Below, in pieces: positions 1-11,400 of a DNA stretch of 64,000 nucleotides. The number at the start of each line of letters is the position of its first letter. The first letter of the stretch is position 1. The stretch comes from an uncultured virus (IMG/VR IMGVR_UViG_3300021399_000148) (lineage: Duplodnaviria; Heunggongvirae; Uroviricota; Caudoviricetes), in IMG/VR virus record IMGVR_UViG_3300021399_000148. One strand, written 5' to 3'. The position numbers and the translations under genes were made by a program. The notes below the pieces were generated by a model. It was not told the origin of the DNA and did no database searches. It was given only the letters and a program-made list of their open reading frames with translations.

Positions 1-110
1 GGACGAAGAGTAGTAGAGTAAATATGGGAGGGGATATTCCCCTCCGTTCTATTATTCTTACTTAATCAAAATTAAAACAGATTAAAACAAATTAAAAGAG
101 GTAAAATTAA

Positions 111-1022
111 ATGTTAAGACAGGCAGAAAATCGTTGTAAAATTGAAGGTGTATTAAGTGAGATTGATCTTAATCCAAGAACCTTTATGAAGAATGGAAGA
201 GAAGTAGAGGCTATTGGAGGCTCTATTACTGTTAAGGTAAATCAAAAGATTAGTGGTGTAGAAAAAGAGCTGATGATTCCAGTATATATGTTTGCGTCAA
301 AACTTACAAACGCGGGCAAGCCAAATCCAGCTTATGAATCTATTAAAACTGTAATGGATAGTTTTAATTCGATTGCATCTACTGGGGATGAGGATAAGGC
401 TGATAGAATCAGAATTACAAGTGGTAATATTCGTATGAATGAGTATTACGCGGCCGATGGTCACTTGGTTTCGTTCCCAAGAATCCACGCATCTTTTGTA
501 AACAAGATTGGCAAGACTGAGTGTAAGCCAGAGGCAACTTTTGTTCTTCAGTTTGCAGTAGCAAATGCAAATGATGAAGTAAAAAATGACGAGCCGACTG
601 GTCGTTATAAGATTAGTGCGCTCGTACCTCAGTATGGCGGGCAGGTTGATGTGATGCCGCTGTATGCGGAAGCTGAAGGTGTAATCAGTGCAGTATCTAC
701 TTATTGGGGTATTGGTGATACAGTAAAGGCAAATGGTAGACTTGATTTCAGTTCTACAACTGAAGTGGTTTATGAGGAAGTAGATTTTGGTGAGCCAATT
801 GAAAAGGTAAGAACTATCAATAAGAGTGACCTTATTATTACTGGTGGTTCTCAAGAACCGTTTGAGGGTGAATTTGCTTTTGCAAAGGCTGACCTCGATG
901 AGGCTCTTGCTGAAAGAAAGGCTAGACTCGAAGCTAGAAAAGACAGAGATCAGTCTAAGATGTCTACAAGAAAGGCGCCGCCGCAGCATTCCAATACGGG
1001 ATTTGCTGACCTTGGATTTTAA
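111..1022 (+). CDS. Putative single-stranded DNA-binding/recombination protein (two OB-like halves, acidic-aromatic C-terminal tail)
   Basis: 303 aa; SD GAGGT; beta-rich; ends FADLGF; lies before AAA ATPase-helicase-primase as in SPbeta-like replication modules. Confidence 0.55.
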   Translation: MLRQAENRCKIEGVLSEIDLNPRTFMKNGREVEAIGGSITVKVNQKISGVEKELMIPVYMFASKLTNAGKPNPAYESIKTVMDSFNSIASTGDEDKADRIRITSGNIRMNEYYAADGHLVSFPRIHASFVNKIGKTECKPEATFVLQFAVANANDEVKNDEPTGRYKISALVPQYGGQVDVMPLYAEAEGVISAVSTYWGIGDTVKANGRLDFSSTTEVVYEEVDFGEPIEKVRTINKSDLIITGGSQEPFEGEFAFAKADLDEALAERKARLEARKDRDQSKMSTRKAPPQHSNTGFADLGF

Positions 1023-1035
1023 TTAGGAGGTTACT

Positions 1036-2010
1036 ATGGCAACAATTGATATTCTCAATTTAAAGCCAACTGTAATCTCTAGAGATTTAAAAGGGAAATA
1101 TATACTTATCTATGGTAAGCCAAAGTGTGGTAAAACCACTTTGGCTTCGAAATTTCCCAAAAATTTGTTAATAGCTTTTGAAAAGGGCTATAATGCTATT
1201 AATGATATTTATGCTCAAGACATTAATAGTTGGTCAGAATTTAAACAAGTATTAAAACAGTTAAAACGTCCAGAAGCTCAAGAACTCTTCCACACAATTA
1301 CAATTGATACTACAACTATTGCATATGAAATGTGCGAACAGTACATTTGTCAACAGAATGGTGTACAATCTATAAGTGATATTCCTTGGGGCGGCGGTTA
1401 TTCCGCTACAAAGAAAGAGTTTGAAAAATGTCTACGTGAAATTACCATGCTCGGTTATGGACTTGTTTTAATTTCTCATATTGAAGTTAGAAAAGAAAAA
1501 ACCGCAGATGATAGTGAAATTGAAATTCTTGCACCTAGTATGCCAAAAAGATGCTATGAAATTGTTAATCAAATTGTAGATATTATTGGTTATATTGCAA
1601 CCGAATGGAATGATACTGGAGATAGCGAACGGTGGTTATATACAAGACAAACTCCAACCGTTATGGCAGGAAGTCGCTTTCCATATCTCGCTCCCAAGAT
1701 TAAATTGGGATATGATGAATTAGTGGCCGCAATTAACGATGCAATTGATAAACAACAAGAATTGGATGGTGCGATTGTTGTAGATAAAATTGAACCAGTA
1801 GTCAAAGAAGAACTTGACTTCGATAAGATTAGAGAGGAAGCTTCTACCATTTGGGGAAATCTTGTAAGTCAAGACCCAGCAAATGCAGAAAGAATCCTCA
1901 AGAAAGTGGAAATGATTTTTGGACGAAAAATTAAGTTATCAGAAATTACCGAAGATCAAAAAGAACTTTTCAATCTGGTTTTACTAGATATGAGAGACAT
2001 GATTAAATAA
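1036..2010 (+). CDS. AAA-family ATPase (Sak4-like)
   Basis: Walker A GKPKCGKTT, Walker B TITIDT, LISH motif; SD AGGAGG. Confidence 0.8.
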   Translation: MATIDILNLKPTVISRDLKGKYILIYGKPKCGKTTLASKFPKNLLIAFEKGYNAINDIYAQDINSWSEFKQVLKQLKRPEAQELFHTITIDTTTIAYEMCEQYICQQNGVQSISDIPWGGGYSATKKEFEKCLREITMLGYGLVLISHIEVRKEKTADDSEIEILAPSMPKRCYEIVNQIVDIIGYIATEWNDTGDSERWLYTRQTPTVMAGSRFPYLAPKIKLGYDELVAAINDAIDKQQELDGAIVVDKIEPVVKEELDFDKIREEASTIWGNLVSQDPANAERILKKVEMIFGRKIKLSEITEDQKELFNLVLLDMRDMIK

Positions 2011-2017
2011 CTCCCTT

Positions 2018-2047
2018 TAAAACGCACTTTGAAAGAAGTGCGTTTTT
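2018..2047 (+). terminator. Intrinsic terminator
   Basis: AAAACGCACTT-loop-AAGTGCGTTTTT. Confidence 0.75.
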
Positions 2048-2051
2048 AAAT

Positions 2052-2080
2052 TTGACTTTTGGTGGAAATTGTGTTATAAT
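2052..2080 (+). promoter_or_regulatory. sigmaA-type promoter
   Basis: TTGACT-17-TATAAT with extended -10 TG. Confidence 0.8.
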
Positions 2081-2111
2081 AAAAAGAGAAAAAAGAAAAA
2101 AGGAGTTTGAA

Positions 2112-2636
2112 ATGCCTAAATGTAGAATCTGTAAAATTGAAATAGATAAAGAAAAAGATGATTGGATAATGCCTAAAAACAAATGGTATTACCATAGAGA
2201 GTGTTATGAAAACTGGAAAAAATCTACACCTTCAACAGACGAAGAATATAAGGCTTTTATATATGATTTTATCTCACGAGATTTAAAAGTTAAATATAAT
2301 TATCATATGTGTGAAGCACAGATAGATAAGTTTGTAAAAGAAAACAAAATGACCGTTAAAGGAATTTTCTTTACTTTAAAGTATTTTTATGAAGTAAAAA
2401 AACACGAATGGGATAAAGGACACGGCGGCATTGGAATAGTTCCTTATGTATATAATGAAGCCTGTGCTTATTGGGTAAGAAGAGAAGAGAAAAGTAAAGG
2501 AGTGGTGGAAGATATAGAAAGACAAATGAAAGAGGCCACCAGTAGAAAGAAAACTAAAATTCAAAAGAAAACGGTCAAACCAAAGAAACTTTCAATAGAC
2601 TTAGATTCGATTTTAGATATGGAGGATGAGGAGTGA
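2112..2636 (+). CDS. Zn-binding replication accessory protein (possible helicase loader)
   Basis: CxxC...HxxC; start moved to ATG 2112 after SD AAGGAG; overlaps the helicase start. Confidence 0.55.
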   Translation: MPKCRICKIEIDKEKDDWIMPKNKWYYHRECYENWKKSTPSTDEEYKAFIYDFISRDLKVKYNYHMCEAQIDKFVKENKMTVKGIFFTLKYFYEVKKHEWDKGHGGIGIVPYVYNEACAYWVRREEKSKGVVEDIERQMKEATSRKKTKIQKKTVKPKKLSIDLDSILDMEDEE

Positions 2637-4255
2637 TCGATAAAAGAGACGTTCAACAAATATTGGGATGTCTAATGAAACATCCTCAATTTTTAAGTGA
2701 GATAGATAAATATTCTTTTACCATAACTGATTTTCCAAACCGTTTTGAAAAATATATTTTTAGTGCAATAGATGGTCTATATCGGAATGGAGCAACTAAG
2801 ATTAATCCAATTGATATAGAGAATTTTTTGGAAGTTAATGCCGCGGCCGCAGTAACTTTTAAAGAAAAAAATGGAATAGAATATTTACAGGATATATTAG
2901 AGTTATCAGAAGTAGAAAACTTTGGATTTTATTATAATAGGTTTAAAATGTTTAACCTATTAAAAGATTTAAAAAAGCAAGGATTTGATGTAAGCGATTT
3001 TTATTGTGAAGATTTAACAAATCCAAAAGCCCAAGAGATAAATAAAAATTTTAATTTTCTTACTCCAAAACAAATTACAGATTCGGTTAGAAAAAAACTT
3101 TTAAAAATTGAGTCTCAATATGGAGCAACCGATGAAGTAGAAGTCGAATCAGCTTTTAATGGAATGGATGATTTGATTAATCAATTCGGCGCTGAATATG
3201 AAATTGGAATGCCAATTCAAGGAGCAATTTTCAATCAAGTTATAGATGGAGCTAAGAAAGGTACTTTAACAATTCGGTCGGCAGCAAGTTCGGTTGGTAA
3301 GACAAGAAATGCGGTTGCTGATGCTTGTTATCTAGCATATCCAATTAGATATAATAGTTTAACCTGTGAGTGGGAACAGCAAGGTAATAATGAAAAAGTT
3401 TTGTTTATTATGACTGAACAGCGTTTTAAAGAAATTAGAATGATGATATTAGCGTATTTGACTGATATTAATTCTTCTAGATTTAAGTATGGAGATTTTT
3501 CAAGTAGAGAGCGCGCGGTCATAGAACAAGCCATCCATATAATGGAGAAATATGATAATTTGATTTTGGTTAAAATGCCAAATCCTACAATTGAATTGGT
3601 TAAAACAATTGTAAGAGAAAATTGTATTGTACATGATATTGGTTATGTATTTTATGACTATATTTTTATAGGCCCGTCTCTATTAAATGAATTTAAAGGT
3701 TTTGCTTTAAGAAATGATGAAGTATTATTAATGTTTGCTACAGCTTTAAAGGATCTAGCGGTTGAATTAGATGTAGCAATGTTTACTTCTACTCAGTTAA
3801 ATGCAAAAGGTGATGATAATAGAGACATAAGAAATGAAGGTTCTTTAGCGGGTGGCCGCAGCACGATTAATAAAGCTGATAATGGTGCGATTATGGCAAG
3901 ACCAACACAAGAAGAATTGGAAGTATTAAAACCACTCTTTGAACGGACAGTGGCGGATGGTGATAATATTACTTATCTTAACCCAAGATATAAAAATATG
4001 ATAACAGTAGAACCGAATTTGGTAACTGACGTTTTTAAAGTTAGAAGCGGAGAATGGACGCAAGTCCGTATATGGTCAGATATGAATTTGGGTACGCTGA
4101 GAAAACGTGATTTATTTATTACTGATTCTCAGTTGTATCCAATCGAAGGTTTCTTTGAGAGAGAAGAGTATCAAATTAAGAGTTGGGATGATGAAGGGGA
4201 TAAGGAATTAGAACGAATCTTAGAAAGGTTAAATCAAGGTGAAATAGTTGATTGA
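2633..4255 (+). CDS. DnaB-like replicative helicase
   Basis: Walker A AASSVGKT, MTEQ, FYDYI, TQLN, KAD superfamily-4 motifs. Confidence 0.85.
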   Translation: MIDKRDVQQILGCLMKHPQFLSEIDKYSFTITDFPNRFEKYIFSAIDGLYRNGATKINPIDIENFLEVNAAAAVTFKEKNGIEYLQDILELSEVENFGFYYNRFKMFNLLKDLKKQGFDVSDFYCEDLTNPKAQEINKNFNFLTPKQITDSVRKKLLKIESQYGATDEVEVESAFNGMDDLINQFGAEYEIGMPIQGAIFNQVIDGAKKGTLTIRSAASSVGKTRNAVADACYLAYPIRYNSLTCEWEQQGNNEKVLFIMTEQRFKEIRMMILAYLTDINSSRFKYGDFSSRERAVIEQAIHIMEKYDNLILVKMPNPTIELVKTIVRENCIVHDIGYVFYDYIFIGPSLLNEFKGFALRNDEVLLMFATALKDLAVELDVAMFTSTQLNAKGDDNRDIRNEGSLAGGRSTINKADNGAIMARPTQEELEVLKPLFERTVADGDNITYLNPRYKNMITVEPNLVTDVFKVRSGEWTQVRIWSDMNLGTLRKRDLFITDSQLYPIEGFFEREEYQIKSWDDEGDKELERILERLNQGEIVD

Positions 4256-5297
4256 TTATAAGGGAATTATTGAACAGCTTAACGATGAGAAAATAAAACA
4301 ATTATTAGATAGATTAGATATACCTTTTCAAGAGACAGATTCTTATTTCGTCATGCCCACCGCCTGTCATAATGAAGATATAGATTCGGCCTCTTGGAAA
4401 CTTTACTACTATAAAAACAATCATATATTTTATTGTTATACGAATTGTCTAGGAATGTCTATTTTTAAATTCCTCAAAAACTATTATGAAGTTAGAGGAA
4501 TTGATTATGACTGGTATCAAGACATATATAAGGTAGTTCTTGATTGTAGTAATTACGAACAAAACTTTGGTTTCGCGCCCCGTAAATATAAAAGTATACG
4601 TAATATGTACAAGGCGGCCGAACTAAAACAACTTCCAACATATCCCAATGGTATACTTGATTGCTTTACAAAATTTTATCCGCCTGAATGGTTAGCTGAT
4701 GGAATTAGTAAGGAAGCTATGGATAAATTCGATATACGATATTCAATACCACAGAATAAAATTATAATACCACACTACAATGTAGACGGAGAATTAGTTG
4801 GAATACGAGGGCGCGCACTCAACGAATGGGAAGTTGAAAACCTGGGAAAATATATGCCAGTTCAAATAGAAGGTAAATGGTATAGTCATCCACTTTCATT
4901 AAACTTATATGGATTGAATTGGAATAAGGAAAATATACAACGTGAAGGTGTTTGTTTTCTTTTTGAAGCAGAAAAAAGTTGTATGCAAATGGAATCTTTT
5001 CAACGTCCAAACTGCTCAGCCGCAGTGTGCGGAAGTCAGTTCAATAAGCATGCTCTGAAAATTCTAATTCAAAATGCGCATCCACAAGAAATTATTATTT
5101 GTTTTGATAAAGAAGAAGTACCTCCAAACGAAACGTATTTTAATAAGCTATATAAGATAGGAAAAAAATATCAGAATTATGCGGATTTTTCTTTCATTTA
5201 TGATAGAGAAGGGTTGTTAGACCTCAAAGATTCTCCAACTGATAAAGGAGAAGAAATATTCGAAAAGTTATTACAAAAACGTGTGAGGATTAAATAA
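4248..5297 (+). CDS. DNA primase
   Basis: N-terminal CH...CxxxC Zn finger, IIIP..GIRGR, FEAEKS, CFDK TOPRIM motifs. Confidence 0.85.
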   Translation: MIDYKGIIEQLNDEKIKQLLDRLDIPFQETDSYFVMPTACHNEDIDSASWKLYYYKNNHIFYCYTNCLGMSIFKFLKNYYEVRGIDYDWYQDIYKVVLDCSNYEQNFGFAPRKYKSIRNMYKAAELKQLPTYPNGILDCFTKFYPPEWLADGISKEAMDKFDIRYSIPQNKIIIPHYNVDGELVGIRGRALNEWEVENLGKYMPVQIEGKWYSHPLSLNLYGLNWNKENIQREGVCFLFEAEKSCMQMESFQRPNCSAAVCGSQFNKHALKILIQNAHPQEIIICFDKEEVPPNETYFNKLYKIGKKYQNYADFSFIYDREGLLDLKDSPTDKGEEIFEKLLQKRVRIK

Positions 5298-5299
5298 GA

Positions 5300-5500
5300 A
5301 TGATAGGATTTATTTGTCTTTGGATAGGATTTATATTAGCTTCTATTTTTTATTATAAAACTGATGAATGGAGAATTAGAAGATTAACACAGAAAGGATA
5401 TGATAAAGCGGTGCGTGATATTTTAGAATTTAATTTTTATTATGACACCAATAATAATAGAATTAATATTGCAGTTGAGGAGATAAATAATGAAGTGTAA
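5300..5500 (+). CDS. Small membrane protein
   Basis: N-terminal hydrophobic helix; packed within the operon. Confidence 0.55.
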   Translation: MIGFICLWIGFILASIFYYKTDEWRIRRLTQKGYDKAVRDILEFNFYYDTNNNRINIAVEEINNEV

Positions 5501-7244
5501 GTTAGTAAATAAAGATATTAGAAATAATTATACAATTGAGTTACTCAAAGAGCGTGGATTAAGTGAAAATGAAATTAAATACTTTCTCGAAGTACCAAAT
5601 GATGAATATCTTCAAAGTCCAAAATTGTTAAATAACATAGATGCTGGTGCTACAATGTTTGATGATATGGTTTGTACCTTAGAAGAGAACGATCGTATTG
5701 TTGTGGTTGTAGATAGCGACGTGGACGGATTTACTTCCGCGGCGATTTTTATACAGTATCTACGCAAACACAATTCGAAAGTTCAAATTGATTATATACT
5801 GCATAAAGGCAAAGGACATGGTTTATCAGATACAATTGAAGATATTTACAAGTTGTACGATGAAAATTCAAATATTAAATATGTAGTATTGCCAGATTCG
5901 AGTAGTAATGATTTTGAATATCATGAACGCTTATATGCTGATGGTATTAAATGTTTAATTTTAGACCACCATATAGTAGAGCCTGATACTCAGTTTTCTA
6001 AAGGTGCGGTAATAATTAATAATCAGCTATCAGACAAATACACTAATAAAGACTTGTGCGGCGCTGGTGTCACTTGGCAATTTTGTAGATTTATGGATAA
6101 TTTTTATGGCACATATTATGCAGATGAATTTATTGACCTCGCGGCATTAGGTATTGTTAGTGATATGATGTCAATGCTTTCACTTGAAAACAGATATATT
6201 GTTCATACGGGTTTTACAAATATCAAAAATTACTTCTTTAAGGCTCTTTGTGAAAAACAATCCTTCTCAATGGGTGGAAAAGTTACTCCGACAACAGTAG
6301 CTTTCTATATTACTCCACTTATCAATGCCATGATTAGAGCTGGTGCGCAAGAAGAAAAAGAAAGATGTTTTCTTGCTTTCATAGATGGTCACCAGATGGT
6401 CGAATCTCATAAGCGTGGAGCGAAAGGTACTTTTGAAGAAGTCGCAATTGAGTCGGCGCGTGAGTGTACAAACGCACGTGCAAAACAAAACCGCATACTT
6501 GATAAAGCTGTGGAAGAACTTGAAATTAAAATTGCAAAGCACGATTTACTTGAAAATAAAGTACTGTTTATTAGATTAGAAGATGAAGATTTTCCTTCCG
6601 AACTCAATGGTTTGGTAGCAATGAAACTTTCTGCTAAATATAAAAAGCCGACAATCGTTGCCAGACTTAATGATGACGGAGAAATTAAAGGTTCTTTAAG
6701 AGGATTAAATGAATCTGAGCTAACTTCTTTTAAAGGATTCTTAGACCAAAGTAATCTCTTCACTTTCACTGCTGGACACGATAATGCGGCTGGATGTGGA
6801 ATTTTAGATAAGAATTTAGCGACTTTTCATGAATATGCAAATAGAGAACTTGCAAATGTTAATTTCGGTGAATCGTGGTATGAAGTTAACTTTGAGCGTA
6901 TTGCGGCGGATCAAGACATAACAGATATAATTTATGATATAGCAGCACACGAAGACTTATGGGGTCAGCACTGTCCAGAGCCTTTAATTCACATAAAAGA
7001 TATTAATATAACTAAAAAAGATATTCGTATTATGGGAAAGTCTCAAGATACTGTTAAAATTGAAAAATTTGGAATTTCATATATGAAATTTCATGCAAAA
7101 GATTTTATACAGGAATTAGCTCAGTATGATTCTATTAAGTTGGAAGTTGTCGGTAGAGCAAATCTCAACGAGTGGGGAGGAGCTTATACGCCTCAAATTT
7201 TTATCACTAATTATCAAATTGAAGATGGGAGTTTAGGATTCTAA
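5490..7244 (+). CDS. recJ: RecJ-like ssDNA exonuclease (DHH family)
   Basis: DSDVDG, LDHH, DLCGAGV, GSLRG, AGHDNAAG motifs. Confidence 0.9.
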   Translation: MKCKLVNKDIRNNYTIELLKERGLSENEIKYFLEVPNDEYLQSPKLLNNIDAGATMFDDMVCTLEENDRIVVVVDSDVDGFTSAAIFIQYLRKHNSKVQIDYILHKGKGHGLSDTIEDIYKLYDENSNIKYVVLPDSSSNDFEYHERLYADGIKCLILDHHIVEPDTQFSKGAVIINNQLSDKYTNKDLCGAGVTWQFCRFMDNFYGTYYADEFIDLAALGIVSDMMSMLSLENRYIVHTGFTNIKNYFFKALCEKQSFSMGGKVTPTTVAFYITPLINAMIRAGAQEEKERCFLAFIDGHQMVESHKRGAKGTFEEVAIESARECTNARAKQNRILDKAVEELEIKIAKHDLLENKVLFIRLEDEDFPSELNGLVAMKLSAKYKKPTIVARLNDDGEIKGSLRGLNESELTSFKGFLDQSNLFTFTAGHDNAAGCGILDKNLATFHEYANRELANVNFGESWYEVNFERIAADQDITDIIYDIAAHEDLWGQHCPEPLIHIKDINITKKDIRIMGKSQDTVKIEKFGISYMKFHAKDFIQELAQYDSIKLEVVGRANLNEWGGAYTPQIFITNYQIEDGSLGF

Positions 7245-7435
7245 TGAAATGGGATGAATATAAACAAGAATATTATAATTCACCACTTGATCTATCAGAG
7301 TGGCAAAAAACAAATTTTGAATGTCCCGAATGTGGAGGGACAATTTATAAAAATATCCGTTATGTTTTAGCAAGTTATCCACCTAAATATACATATAAAT
7401 GTTCTAAATGTAACTGGACAGAAGCATGGTATTAA
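7244..7435 (+). CDS. Small Zn-ribbon protein
   Basis: CPECGG...CSKC; translationally coupled to recJ. Confidence 0.6.
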   Translation: MKWDEYKQEYYNSPLDLSEWQKTNFECPECGGTIYKNIRYVLASYPPKYTYKCSKCNWTEAWY

Positions 7436-7469
7436 TTTAATATTAATAAGATAAATGAGGGCAATATTA

Positions 7470-8156
7470 ATGAAAGTATTAGTAGCTTGTGAAGAATCAC
7501 AAAGAGTGTGTATAGCCTTTAGAGAAAAAGGGCATGAAGCATATAGCTGTGATATATTACAATGTTCTGGCGGCCACCCAGAGTGGCATATATGTTCAGA
7601 TGTATTATCACTATTAAATGGAAATGCAGTTTTTACAACTCAAGATGGAACTTTTCATTCCATTGATGGTAAATGGGATATGATATTGGCTTTCCCGCCA
7701 TGTACTCATTTAGCAGTAAGTGGTGCGCCATCTTTTGCAAAGAAAAGAGAAGATGGAAGGCAATTAGAAGGTCTGCAATTCTTTTGTAGTTTTTTTGATG
7801 CCGATTGTGATAAAGTGGTGATTGAAAACCCAGTTAATATAATTGGTGGCCCATATTGTTTGAAATGGTTTCCAGAAATAGCAGAACGTTATAATCTTCC
7901 ACGTAAACCAACTCAATATATTCAACCATATGAATATGGGGAACCAGATCGTAAAAAAACTGGATTATGGATCAAAGGATTACCTAAACTACAACCAACT
8001 GATATAGTTGAGCCAGAGTTAATAAAATATATAGATAAAAACGGAATAGAAAAAACTGATTCTAAGTGGCATTGGTATACCGGAAAAGGAAAAGGAAAAG
8101 AAAGGAGCAAAACCTATATTGGAATAGCCAAAGCTATGGCTGAACAATGGGGTTAA
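7470..8156 (+). CDS. Phage DNA cytosine-5 methyltransferase-like protein
   Basis: Catalytic PPC (AFPPCTHL), IENP motif VI, KVLVACEES variant motif I; start moved to ATG 7470. Confidence 0.7.
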   Translation: MKVLVACEESQRVCIAFREKGHEAYSCDILQCSGGHPEWHICSDVLSLLNGNAVFTTQDGTFHSIDGKWDMILAFPPCTHLAVSGAPSFAKKREDGRQLEGLQFFCSFFDADCDKVVIENPVNIIGGPYCLKWFPEIAERYNLPRKPTQYIQPYEYGEPDRKKTGLWIKGLPKLQPTDIVEPELIKYIDKNGIEKTDSKWHWYTGKGKGKERSKTYIGIAKAMAEQWG

Positions 8157-8166
8157 ATAAAATAAT

Positions 8167-8195
8167 TTGACAATTTAATAAAATTTTGTTATACT
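8167..8195 (+). promoter_or_regulatory. sigmaA-type promoter
   Basis: TTGACA-17-TATACT. Confidence 0.8.
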
Positions 8196-8226
8196 ATATA
8201 TAGAATAAAATAGAAAGGAATAAAAA

Positions 8227-8385
8227 ATGAAAGAAGAATTATTGCAATTATATATTAATGCTTTAGAAGACGCGACAAGTTTCTATTGCAGTGACTATAG
8301 TAATTCAATAGACGAAGATGAAAGAAGAAAACAGGAAGATCAAGAATTAATAAAATATTTTAAATCTATATTAGAACAATTATAA
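8227..8385 (+). CDS. Hypothetical 52-aa protein (below ORF-track cutoff)
   Basis: SD AAAGGA, own promoter, MKEELLQLY... Confidence 0.55.
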   Translation: MKEELLQLYINALEDATSFYCSDYSNSIDEDERRKQEDQELIKYFKSILEQL

Positions 8386-8422
8386 TATAGAGTAAAGAAT
8401 AAAAAGAAAGAGGTAAATGTGA

Positions 8423-11400
8423 ATGGATAAAATCAGATACCCAGGTTCACTCCATGCGCACACGGACCACTCGAACTTCCGTTTGCGTGACAGCATCAAC
8501 ACGGTGGAATCACTTATTGATTACTCGATTGAACTTGGACATGAAGTAGTAGCAATTACCGAACACGATACAATAGCTAGTGCGGTTAGAGCAGAGAAAT
8601 ATTATAACAAAATAAAAAAAGATAACCCTAATTTTAGGGTTCTTTTTGGTAATGAAATTTATTTAGTTAGAAATGGATTAACAAGTCAAAACTTTAATAA
8701 AGATTTTGATAGATATTATCATTTCATTTTAATTGCAAAAGATGCAATTGGTCATCAACAAATTCGTGAAATATCAACGCGCGCATGGATGAGAAGCTGG
8801 GTGGCGCGCAGAATGCGTAGAGTTCCAACGTATTATCAAGATTTAATTGACATTATTGGAGCAAATCCTGGTCATGTAATTGGAAGCACAGCTTGTCTTG
8901 GAGGATGCCTTCCGACTCAACTTATGAGATTACGTGACACTGGCGCGCCATCAATGGATAAAATTAAAATTTGGATTGAACAAATGCAGAAAATCTTTGG
9001 TAAAGAAGATTTTTATTTTGAAATGCAGCCATCAAAAAATAAAGATCAAATCTATGTAAATAATGAGTTGATTAAATTAAGTGATGAATTGGGAATTAAA
9101 TATATTATTACAACCGATTCTCATTATTTAAAAAAAGAAGATAGACCAATTCATAAAGCATTTCTTAATGCTCAGCAAGGAGATAGAGAAGTTGATGATT
9201 TTTATGCAACAACTTATCAAATGAGCGATGAAGAAATTAGAAGTTATATGGAAGATGAGATTGGAGAAGAAGTTCTTCAAAAGGCTTATCAAAATATAAT
9301 TGAAATTAAAAATAAATGTGAAGATTTCACATTAATGAAACCGTTAAAAATTCCGAGATTAAATTGGAAAGAAATAGATAAAAATAAAGAACCGGATGCT
9401 TTTGGTTATGAAGAGATTTTTAATCAGATTCCAATGTTATGGACTTTTTGTGAATCGCCTTATGAGTCTGATAGACATCTAACAAAAGTTATTGTAGAAG
9501 CAATTAATAAAGACGAAAGTTTAAGAAATAAACAAGCATATGATGAAATAAATGCTTGTCTCGAAGATACATGGGTTAGCTCAGAAGTAAACGGAAGTAG
9601 ATGGAGTGCATATTTCCTAAATCTTCAAAATATAATAGATGTATGTTGGGATGCAGGAACATTAGTAGGCGCGGGACGTGGTTCTGGTGTTGGTTTTATT
9701 CTGTTATATTTATTAGGAATCACTCAAATAAATCCTTTAAGAGAAAAAGCACCAACTTTTAGGTGGAGATTCCTTAACCCTGAACGTGTGTCAGTTCTTG
9801 ATGTAGATATTGATATAGAGGGCGGCCGCCGCGCAGAAGTATTAAATAAATTTAGAGAAGTATATGGTGAAGATAGAGTTGCAAATGTATTAACTCTTAA
9901 AACTGAAAAGTCTAAATCTGCAATTCTTACTGCCGCAAGAGGCCTTGGAATTGATGTTGATACTGCGCAGTATCTCGCTTCTTTTATTGAAGCAGATAGA
10001 GGACAATTAAGAACACTTCATCAAACTTTTTATGGTGATCCAGATAATGGAATTAGCGCATCGAAACAGTTCCGAATTGAAATGGAAGAGAACTATCCGG
10101 AACTTTGGAAAGTTGCTCAAGGAATTGAAGGACTTATTAATGGAATGGGTATTCACGCGGGCGGGGTCATTTTTGTTGATGAACCATTTACTAATTCTAC
10201 CGCGTTAATGCGGGCGCCAAGCGGTGAAATTATAACTCAATTCGATCTTCATGATGCAGAAGATACGGGACTTATCAAATATGATATTTTGTCCATAGAG
10301 GCTTTAGATAAAATTCATAATTGTATTGATTTAATTTGTGAATATGGATATGAAACAAGAGAGCTTACGCTGAAAAAAACTTATGAAAAAATTGTAGGTG
10401 TATATAATCTTAAACGTACAGAACCAAAGATGTGGGAAATGTGTTGGAATCACGAAGTAATGAGTTTATTCCAAATGGAAAAACAAAGTGGCATTCAAGG
10501 CATAGCTGTAATGAAACCGACTTCAGTAGATGACTTAGCGATTCTCAATTCCGCCATTCGTCTTATGGCAACAGAAAAAGGCGGGGAAATGCCAGTAAAT
10601 AAGTTGGCAAGATTTAAAGCACATCCATCTGATTGGGATTATGAGCTGCAAAAGTATGGACTTGGCGCGGAGGCAAAGAAAATTCTCGAACCCGTACTAA
10701 ATATTTCTTATGGTTTGTGTATTGCTCAAGAACAATTTATGCAGCTGGTTCAGCTTCCAGAATTAGGCGGTTTTAATCTGACTTGGGCAGATAAATTAAG
10801 AAAATCTATTGCAAAAAAGAATCCAGCAGAGTATGAAAAATTAACTGAGGATTATTTCAAAGAAATTAAAGAGCGCGGATGTGATGAAAAACTTTGTAAA
10901 TATGTATGGAATGTACTTATTGCAATGAGTAAAGGATATGGATTTAATCTGTCGCACACTCTTGCGTATTCAATCATTGGATTACAAGAATTGAATTTAG
11001 CTTATCGTTATCCACTTATTTTGTGGAATTGCGCTTGTTTAATTAGCGATAGCGGTGGAAATGAAAAAGAAGAAACTGAACGAGAAAACGAAGAAGATAG
11101 TCGAGAAGATAACTGGGAAGCCTTTGATGACATATCAATGGGAGTTTTTCAAGATGACATATCAGAAAACGAAGAAGAGGAAGAAGATATATCTAATACT
11201 CCTTCCAAAAAGAAAACTTCTAAAGTCAACTATGGGAAAATAGCTACTGCAATTGGAAAAATGAAAAGTGAAGGTGTTAGTATTGTAGCAACCGACATTA
11301 ATAAATCGAATTTTACCTTTGCACCAGACATTGAAAATAATAGTATTATTTATGGACTCAGCGGTATTACAAAAGTTGGAACCGATGTTGTTCATGAAAT

